From assembly GCA_043228905.1 (NCBI GenBank), contig JBHGNT010000582.1, positions 1 through 20,006 of the forward strand: DNA of 20,006 nucleotides. The letters run 5' to 3'. A model generated the notes under the pieces. The model was not told the origin of the DNA. It worked only from the letters and a program-made list of their open reading frames with translations, and ran no database searches. A program made the position numbers and the translations under genes. Position 1 is the first letter of the stretch. Each line of letters begins with the position of its first letter. Below, one piece after another: positions 12,522-20,006 of this stretch. This DNA is from Azolla caroliniana (taxonomy: Eukaryota > Plantae > Polypodiophyta).

Positions 12522-13250
12522 AATTATTTTTATTTTTACCAAAAAACACTACTTCACATTAGTTAGCAAACAAAGTACATCAAAGTTCAACCATATTCAA
12601 CAAAACTCATGCATCTCCCCACAAAACTAATCATAATCCCCACCCCCTCATTTACAACAGAAGTATTGCACCAACTTTTTACATAGTAACTTACTTGTAC
12701 CGCAACTATACATATTTACATCTCCTACCCACTAATGGAAGCTATTGGCAAGAACAACCATTTGGGTGCTTGTAGTTCCATTTAGGCCCTGATGATGATT
12801 TGACCATCATAGGAGAACCACCCAATTTCAGCAAAAACTTTGATCGAGCCGTTTCTGCTTCATTTGAGTCCCCCTCAATCGAGTCGTATCATTTGTGCAA
12901 CCGAGATACCAACTCAAACCATATGTTTAGCAACACCTCACCACTTGGGAGCTTTCGCTGCTGAAAAACGTACAACACCTAGCCCAAATGTGCTAGATCG
13001 ATAAGCACGCGACCATTATCCATATCTCCTAAAAAAATGCAGATTTTGTGTCAAGTTGCAATCCAACACATTAGAACACACTACCACCCTGCACTATGAA
13101 TCCATGACCATGTGGGTTTTAACTGTTCAGCCCAAACCTTCCCTGTTAACTTCAAACCCTGTAAGGACCCCCACACAACTCTCCCATGCTAGTGAAACCT
13201 TGTAGGAATTATGTGACCAAGCATGCATGGTCTCCTTTTATGTGACACAT
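12522..13250 (-). mobile_element. Decayed 3' portion of a third L1-type LINE
   Basis: Minus strand from ~13029 reads EIWIMVACLSI*HIWARC../QQRKLPSGEVLLNIWFELVSRLHK*YDSIEGDSNEAETARSKF...KWNYK/PKWLFLP, colinear with the ORF2 C-terminus at 7130-7433. It ends CTAATGTGAAGTAGTGTTTTTTGGTAAAAATAAAAAT. Confidence 0.8.
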
Positions 13251-13530
13251 TCCAAACCATACTATTCTATATTTAGGTACCATAAGTTGCACATTCCTTT
13301 TTTCCTTTTAAATATCCACTACAACAAAAAAGTTAGTGACAATATATATAAGTTTATTTATATTTATATATTTAGTTTAAAATGTGTTTGTATTATGTAG
13401 GTATGTTTGTGTGTTTGTCTGTGTGGGGTTGGCATGGGGCGTATGTTTATAATTTCTGTGCTTGGATTGCAATCCATAAAGAGGGATGGGGTTTAGCTGC
13501 ATCGTAGACTATCAATACTAAGAACATTAC

Positions 13531-14640
13531 CGAAAGATATTCTGTCCCGAAATATTTATGTTTACAAGCCTCCAAGGATAGAAGGATTCTAGAAAGATCA
13601 GGTATTAAAAACATAGAAATTTCTTTGCAATTCATGTCATTATCTCCCATTCTGACCCAATGTATCTGCAGAGGAGAGTGTCATATATCAATAAGAGACA
13701 TAGATCCCAAGAAAACTGAATCCAACACCATTAATTATTTAAAATATGTTGTAGAGGCCAAAAATCTTTTCGAAAACTTTTGAGGTTTAATAAAATGAAA
13801 TCATCAGGCAAAGTAACTTCCTCAGCTTTACTGAGCAATAGCCATTCATACAAGCCCATGTTGATGAATCAGATTCTTTTAATTTATGTCTAAACAGCTA
13901 GGTATGGTTTGATGTAAGTACATTGCATAATGTAAGGTATTTGAGGATACATACCTGACAGGGTGATTCAAAAAAAATTCAGTGCTTGTTCCTCTCCAGC
14001 ATGTGACAGCCTGCAAGTGATAGTAAGGATAATTAACTTCCATGATAGCCCTTAGAGTCACATCCCACTACATGTTAAAAGTAGATTCACGCTGAAGTTT
14101 AAAATCTGTTGTTCAAAACATTGTCTCACACATATTTTCAAATCTCAATAAAATTCCATAGATCTTGTAAAAGGGAAGCCAAATCATTGTGAAGCCATAG
14201 TTACTCACAATTCACCTTGCACAAATATTGTGGTTTCCTAAGTTTGATTACTTGCCTAGCTTCCCAAGAGCACAACCTCTGCCTCTTGCCTGTATGTGCT
14301 ACCCAAGAGTTCCATTCCTCCACCATATCCTCCATCAACAGTATTTAGTAAGGCTGAATTTCTTCCAGCTGATAGATTAGTCAACTTGAGACCTGAGCAA
14401 AATTTTCAGGTAGGCTGAACTACCAACCATTGCAATGTTTATAAGAAGAGAGTTTGGTTTTAGTGCTTCACTCCACTATGAAGTCCATATGGTGTAGCTC
14501 CTTGTCGTAAAGTAGATTGGAATGATTGCTGCTTACAGATAACTTGCTACAATACAGCATATAAAACAAGAACAGAAAATCATAAATAAAGTCACAAAGT
14601 TGATCTACCTTCTCAGTAAAAGGTGTGGTAGATATTGCAA
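13531..14640 (-). pseudogene. Multi-exon fragment of an unidentified host gene
   Basis: AG/GT-bounded exon-like blocks at 14640-14609, 14546-~14472, 14392-14252 (141 bp), 14010-13955 and 13665-13531. The last three join in phase as VSS*LIYQLEEIQPY*ILLMEDMVEEWNSWVAHTGKRQRLCSWEARQ|AVTCWRGTSTEFFLNHPVR|YIGSEWEIMT*IAKKF, with internal stops. Confidence 0.5.
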
Positions 14641-14890
14641 CTGCATCAGAATCTAAGCTTGGATACTTGGAATTCAGATTATATAATCAACAGATACTTG
14701 ATAATCATCAGACTTCCATATAAAATCAGTTCCAAAAGTAATGATGATCAAATTCATGCATAGTAAACCACTAGTCTACATGCACCTCCAAATTCTACTA
14801 TTTCTATTCAGGTATTGTTTAAGGCTCTTTTATAAAGGAAGAAATCGTTCCAATTGAGAGGACTAAAACATAGCAACCACCAAAGCATAC

Positions 14891-15288
14891 CTCATCCAGC
14901 ACCATGTAATCCCAAGTCATAATATCATCACTTGGTGTCTCCAAACCCATCTCTAGTTTGCCAGTTATTGTGAACCACATCATATGTTATTAGCACAATT
15001 CCACCATACTGCAGACAGTGTACGGATGTGACATAATAATCATCTGTGACCATTAACAATATTTAATCCCAGAGAAGTGAACTTTACCCTACCTGTAAAA
15101 TGTGCTGAAGGGCATAACTACATTGACTTGTTGAAGTTCCTGAATAATTGGCTAAACCATCCAATTGGTAGCAATGCATCTCTATATTAGCTATAATTAT
15201 TGTCTATTGTTAAAACTAGACTAGACCTTATATTCTCTGAAAATGAAAGTGCTTACTCTCTAGTCTTGCCATCTACATGAACAAGTTC
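14891..15288 (-). pseudogene. CHR24: Three-exon fragment of a SNF2-family ATPase, CHR24/ERCC6L(PICH)-like, ending at Walker B
   Basis: Exons 15288-15257 (ELVHVDGKTR), 15147-15093 (YSGTSTSQCSYALQHILQ; acceptor appears mutated to AA) and 15008-14891 (YGGIVLITYDVVHNN.../DDIMTWDYMVLDE; 118 bp, frameshifted). These match the recalled CHR24 pattern TREYYGTS...LHHILQ..GILLTTYDIVRNN...WDYMILDEGH. Confidence 0.8.
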
Positions 15289-15456
15289 CTAAAAATGTTT
15301 AGAAACTATGAAGCGCAGATCCCTTGGGTCAACAAAGTATTAGAACAATCAAACAGGATGATAAAGATATTTGAACCATTCCGTATGTGCTAACAAATAA
15401 AGAAGGGATAGGTACCATGAAAGCATCACAGTAATGAGACAAAAAGAAAACCATAC

Positions 15457-16099
15457 TGGTAGTCACCCTTTTCTTTTGGCCTCCAGAAATTCCTCTGACC
15501 ATCTCATTCCCAACTAATATGTCTGCACATATATCAAGACCTACAATCTGCATAATAAACCTGAAGTTAAAAAATGACTACCAAAGTCCATGTACAAGAA
15601 GATTAGGTAAGGACAGTCAGCTACCCTCATTATATAATCTGTCAAAAGACTTGACTCCACACCTTAAACAGCGATGGCCTACGCCAAAGCCAAAGCTTTG
15701 AACATCATAAATAGAAATGGTAATGCTAAAAACTTTGAAGCTTTCATACTTTCATAAAGATGTCTATATCAGGGTTTGACTTTATGACGGCCTCCTTTTC
15801 CCTTTGCAACAGCTGCATCAACATTTCTCCGTTACACAAAACAAAAACATGACTAGTCGGAACAGAATATGGAATGCACTCATTTGAATCATAATATAAG
15901 AGAAAACGTTTAAGCCTTTGAATCTGTAATGAGATTCCATGGTTGTGCTAACACCATTTTTTGACCCAGCTCCTTGATATCTACTACAAAATTCTACAAT
16001 CTCTCGAACGATCATTTCTCCTATCTGCAAATTATTTTGACTAATATATGTTATTCTCTGAGGTACAAAATTCCTCAATTCACATCCATTATATGTGAT
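15457..16099 (-). pseudogene. ABCG/PDR: Four-exon fragment of a full-size ABCG/PDR transporter (NBD1, Q-loop to ABC signature)
   Basis: Exons 16099-15955 (ITYNGCELRNFVPQRITYISQNNLQIGEMIVRE...QGAGS), 15826-15750 (EMLMQLLQREKEAVIKSNPDIDIFMK), 15678-15625 (AIAV*GVESSLLTDYIMR; TAA at 15666-15664) and 15547-15457 ([30 protein letters not shown]). The expected GEM...DEISTGLDS exon is absent. Confidence 0.93.
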
Positions 16100-16109
16100 C
16101 TATGTTGTA

Positions 16110-16478
16110 TGTTTGGCTGGACTAGCCGCAGCACAGGTGTCTATCCGACACTTCTCCAAAGGGGTGGTAGGAATAGGATGTTAATGCACGCGTATGATAA
16201 TTACAATTAAGCACAGACGAAGACAAGATCAATAAGCATAAGCAAAACTATATTAATTCTTCGTCCCTTCATTACAAAACATCGGATCCTTTTATAGGCA
16301 TCAGGCCAGATTACAATCGGTGCTCTTAGGCAACCGTTAACCGAAACCGAATCGATTCGGATCCGGATCGGTTACAACTACCGGATCCGTCCCTCCTAAT
16401 AATTCTATTTATCTATTTATCCGCTTCGACTCCGATCCATCTTTGCTTTCCCATTTGCCTTCTTCTGACCGGCCAACA
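16110..16478 (+). repeat. 5' LTR (~369 bp)
   Basis: Begins TGTTTGGCTGG and ends CCGGCCAACA (terminal inverted repeat). Internal CTTTTATAG at ~16289. Followed by the PBS after 2 nt. An alternative start at 16103 (TGTTG) is possible. Confidence 0.8.
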
Positions 16479-16480
16479 CA

Positions 16481-16496
16481 TGGCACGCCCGTGGGA
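16481..16496 (+). promoter_or_regulatory. Primer-binding site, tRNA-Arg-like
   Basis: TGGCACGCCCGTGGGA is near-complementary to the recalled plant tRNA-Arg(UCU) 3' end (...UCCCACYRGGCGUGCCA), apparently missing one base. This PBS type is used by Tat-clade elements. Confidence 0.8.
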
Positions 16497-16528
16497 AAGT
16501 GCGTTGCACTTCGAACCCACAGCCGGCT

Positions 16529-19436
16529 TCAGTCTTCCTCCAAAATATCCAGCAAACTCCGCTCAGAGGTTTCAAGTGTTGCCTTGCCTGTGCCGTCTCC
16601 GACTTCCGATTCGATTGGCTGCCTTTCCGCATCTTGCTGCTCCGACTCTGCTTGTACCGGTGGTACCGGTGTTTCTTCTGTATCCTGTCCGGGTCTGTCC
16701 TGCTCTACCTCCGTTCCGTTCCCGGTATCGCTCTCTCCGGTTTCCACTGGTTGTGTCCTTTCCTCCCCGGATTCGGTACTTCCCTGTCTCCACTCTTCAT
16801 CATCCCCGGCATCAACCTGTTCTTGCTCCGGAAGTTCTTCCTCGGGTATTTCTTGTCGGGGTGCGTTGTCGGTTGGGTCCTCTTCAGCCGGTCGCTCGCC
16901 CTCACTGATGGAGATCGGCGTTGTGTGTCCCTCGGCTTCCTGTCGCAGTCGGTCCTTCTCGTACCCTTCCAATTCTAGTTGGGTTTCGAGCTGCCCGTCA
17001 TCCAACCTCTCTACTAACCCTCGGATTTCCTTGAGATGCTCTTCTGCTAGAGCATAGAAATCCTCTGACAGTTCTTCCCGGATGTTGACGATACTTTCTT
17101 CGTCCATTTTATAGAACCCATCTCCGGTTTTCTTCCGATTTTCTGCATCAGCTCGGAGTGTCTGCAGTTCAGCTGCCTGTTGTGCCCATTCTCTCCAAAG
17201 CTTCTCTGTGCTTTCATTTATGCTGGCCTGAGCTCGGGTACTCCAGCTTGACATGATGAGCTTGATCCGGCCAACCCCTGCTTTAGCCTGTGCCGAGGCT
17301 GCTTGTTTTTCCTTCCTTATCCGCTTGATGATGTCGGCCATTAACTGAGCTTGAGCTTCATAGTCGGCTTTTTGCTTGTCACAGGTACTTCGCCATTTGC
17401 TAATTTCGAAAGTCGACTTCACTTTTTCCTCGTTCCTGCTCTTTGTCAGCTCCCATACTTCCTGCCGAAGTACTTCCATCTCCTTTCTTTGTTCCGACAT
17501 CAAGGTTTTTTCCGCCGATACTTCCTCCCTTGCTTTGGACAATTCCAAGCGGTTTTCCTTGAGCTGCTCTTTCAGCTTCTCTATCTGTCGGTCGTACGTT
17601 GCTGCCTGATTCTTGCTGTCCGACGTGGCCTGTTTATAATCCTTACATAGTCGGTCGAATTCCTCCGTCTTCTGTTTTAGGCGTCGGTTCGCCTGAGCTC
17701 TCAACCGATCATCCCGGTCCTTTTGTTGTCGGAGTTCCTCTCGCAACCGCTCGATTTCCTGCTCCATTCGTCGGCGCAGCCTATCTTTTTCCTTTTGCAG
17801 CTTCCCGTTTTCTTCTTGTAGTCGGTCATTGGTGGCTTTGCTTCGGCGAAGGCCTTCCTCCATTCGCCGTCTGTCGTCTTCTACCAACTTCCGCTGCTCC
17901 CTTTCGTTATCTCTCAATGCCTCCTGAGCCTGTAATTCTTCTTTCAAAGTTGCTATTAACTTCTCGGTCTCAGGGCCGGTTTGCAAGGCCTTCTCCGTTG
18001 CTGGTTCCGCTTGCTTTTCTGATGTCCCGACCGGCTCGGTGCCATCTTGTGCTTGTCGGTTTCCTTCTTTTGCCTGGGCTAGCTCTTCTTGCAGCTCATG
18101 TAATTGTGCCCGGAGCATGACCATTTCCCTAGTCGTCGTCCTGGTCACTTGTTCCCTTTGCTCCTCCTCTTTCTCCATCTGATCTGCCACTCCCGACAAC
18201 TGCCCTGACAACCACCTTAGCCATTGTGCCTTTGTTCTTCCTTCGTCGGTGTGAGCAGGCGTACCTAGCTCCGGCTGTTTTTCCGGCTGTTTCTCCGGCC
18301 TCTTCTCTTGCTCCGGTGCTTGTTCCTTTCTCTGTTCTTCGAGCTCCGCCGCCGTCGGTTCCGGTACTGCCGTCTTTGGTGCAGACGGACCTTCATCCTG
18401 TGTCGCTTCTGTTCCGGTTACTGGAGGCGGTTCTTTCGCCCGTTGCTGAGTTCCGTCCGCTGTTGGGGTCGGTCTTGTCGCCCGTTTCTCCTTTCCTCGC
18501 CTGGGTGGTAGTATTAACATCGGTTCGGATGAGTCTTCCTCTGTTTCAGCGTCCTCCGTCGGTGCGACTATCGGTTCCTTTACTGGTACCGGTTCCGATT
18601 CGAGCGTTACTGGTTCGGTGTCGGTTTGCCTCTTGCTGGTCTTCTTCGCCAGCTTCTCCTTGCCTTTTTCCGCCTTTTTCTTCTTCGTGGCCGGTTGCTG
18701 TTGCTGTTTCTGTGGCTGCCGTGATGGGCCTTCCTCCCGTTGCCGTCGGGATGATCCTTCCTCCCGTTGCTGTCGGGAGGAGTCTTCTTCCCGCGGCTGT
18801 CGGGAGGAGCCTTCCTCCCGTGGCGCTTCTTCTTCCTGTGTCCATCCCGGAGTGTGTTTCTCTAGGATTCGTCGGCGCTTCATGGTTTGCTTCGGCGTAG
18901 TCTCCTGCCGACTTCTTTTCTTGTGCTTGATGGGGGACACCGGTGGGACCAACACCGTTAACCATTGTGATATCCCGGCCCATGGCTTCTTCCCTTCCAC
19001 CAAGTGCTTGATCGCCTCTTTCAGTCCTTCGGTAATGAAGTGGAGCCAGTCCACCTGCAGGCCTTCGAATGTCGCGATGACGATCGCTGCTCGGTATTTG
19101 GCTATGGCTGGCGGACGAGGGTCCATACTCCATCAGGGTGCGGGCCACCTCTCCGAACAGCAGGTTCTCTCCGCCCTGTGTGCGATACGCCTTGCTGCTA
19201 AGGGAATATTCGCCGAAATACTCGAAGAATATTTGGCTTGAGGGTAGCTCTATTGTCTGAAGTCCTCCCTCCGCAATCCCTGTGAGCGCTTGTACCGCTC
19301 CTTCGGTGACTTCTGCCAGGTCCACTGTTGTTGCCGCCTGCTCTGGTTCCTTGTGTGGCGGAGCGTCGGCGACCCGCAGCAGCCCTCCTAATCCGTTCTC
19401 CATCAGCCATTGTCGTGCTCCTTCCGACAGTGCCAT
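16529..19436 (-). CDS. Antisense accessory ORF of the retrotransposon (~970 codons, one frameshift near 19120-19130): globular N-domain, basic/low-complexity linker, long coiled coil, acidic tail
   Basis: MALSEGARQWLMENGLGGLL...FGEVARTLMEYG (ATG at 19436) continues in another frame as PRPPAIAKYRAAIV...VDWLHFITEGLKEAI and runs open for 865 codons to TGA at 16529. Basic clusters KHKKRSR and KKKKAEKGKEK; E/K/R/Q-rich helical region ~18200-17000. Confidence 0.85.
18716..18823 (-). repeat. 27-bp coding tandem repeat, 4 copies
   Basis: Anchor TTC(C/T)TCCCG at 18731, 18758, 18785 and 18812; encodes PREEGSSRQ/PREEDSSRQ/QREEGSSRR/QREEGPSRQ. Confidence 0.95.
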
Positions 19437-19570
19437 CGCTTCTTCTTCCTCTGCTGCTGCCTGTGGTCTGAGGTCGGGGTGTGGGTGTTCTGCGCGTCGG
19501 ATCTCGCTGTCTTGAGCCTGCGTTTGCTTGTAGGAAAATTCGTAAAAAGTGAATCCTTCTCCGGTTCTTC

Positions 19571-19577
19571 CTTTATA
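19571..19577 (-). promoter_or_regulatory. Candidate TATA box of the antisense ORF
   Basis: TATAAAG on the minus strand in GC-rich context, ~135 bp upstream of the ATG at 19436. Confidence 0.55.
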
Positions 19578-19632
19578 TCGTGGCGTTTCCCTCGAGCCGC
19601 CTTTTCCCGTTTTCCGCACGTGCGTATCTCCC

Positions 19633-19740
19633 GCCATAATTAGCATGTCACTCTTTAATTTTGGCGCCTGCACGTCCTCTGCCTCGAATAGCATGTCCTA
19701 TTTTTGATGCCTGCGCATGCTCTGCCATGATTAGCATGTC
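19633..19740. repeat. Imperfect ~45-bp tandem repeat, ~2.4 copies
   Basis: GCC-n-TAGCATGTC units start at 19633, 19681 and 19724; the first two end GCCTGC..TCT. Confidence 0.8.
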
Positions 19741-20006
19741 TGTCCTTGGCTGCCACGTGTCATGATTGCGCTTCTTTGCTGCGTGTGACGAATCTCCTAC
19801 GTGTCTGTCATTATGGCTCCTTGATTGCCGCGCGTGTCAAATCGTGTACATCGGCCCCCCACGTTCTGTGCTTTAAATAGCCCGTGCACCCGCGTGGCCT
19901 CTTAAATGATGACGGTTGTAACTACCTCCTTCATCATTACCTTGATTTTCTTGATCCTTTCTTAATTATGATTTGCTTTGATTATTACTTGATTTGGTTC
20001 CTTTTT

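Larger units (their letters stand above)
16110..20006 (+). mobile_element. 5' part of a Ty3/gypsy LTR retrotransposon, probably Tat clade; continues beyond the window
   Basis: Abrupt switch to GC/CpG-richer sequence; LTR with TG...CA termini; tRNA-Arg-like PBS; large accessory ORF. gag-pol is not reached in the window, so the clade call is inferred. Confidence 0.8.

Noticed and set aside
13463-13476. Palindrome TGGATTGCAATCCA as a Helitron 3' hairpin closing the gene-fragment chain
   Set aside because: It is not GC-rich and has no CTRR terminus at the expected distance on the minus strand.
15329-16078. ORF-track entries 15329-15553 and 15818-16078 as standalone genes, or an intact PDR gene
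   Set aside because: They are exons reading into introns; the PDR copy has an in-frame stop and lacks its downstream exons.
16110-16500. Reading the LTR as the 3' LTR of a minus-strand element with a sense ORF
   Set aside because: The adjacent sequence is a TGG-starting PBS on +, not a polypurine tract on -.
16417-19643. Many plus-strand and alternate-frame ORFs, up to 224 aa
   Set aside because: Ser/Cys/Leu-rich shadows of the GC-rich minus-strand ORF; none has gag, protease or RT motifs.
18546-19694. 382-aa ORF as an independent gene
   Set aside because: Only residues ~87-191 look coding (the accessory ORF N-terminus). The upstream part crosses the candidate TATA box, and the downstream part is an off-frame overlap.

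Overview
AT-rich nuclear DNA from a land plant; the lineage cannot be fixed, and a non-seed plant is only a guess. It is dominated by transposon debris. In order: a LINE 3' remnant (~2.2-2.4 kb, +); a degenerate ~140-bp tandem array (2.6-3.5 kb); a 283-bp hAT-type MITE with an 8-bp target-site duplication (4683-4965); a decayed, 5'-truncated L1-type LINE with a zf-RVT domain (5.8-7.6 kb, +); a 343-codon minus-strand ORF resembling the first exon of a membrane transporter or channel, with a degenerate EF-hand (9093-10124); a third LINE 3' remnant (12.5-13.25 kb, -); a same-strand, intron-containing chain of fragments from three different host genes (ABCG/PDR, then CHR24/ERCC6L-like SNF2, then an unidentified gene; 13.5-16.1 kb, -); and the 5' end of a GC-rich Tat-like Ty3/gypsy LTR retrotransposon (16110-end, +). 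In that element, the 5' LTR and tRNA-Arg-like PBS are followed not by gag but by a ~970-codon antisense coiled-coil ORF with its own candidate TATA box. Family assignments come from recalled motifs; no searches were run.
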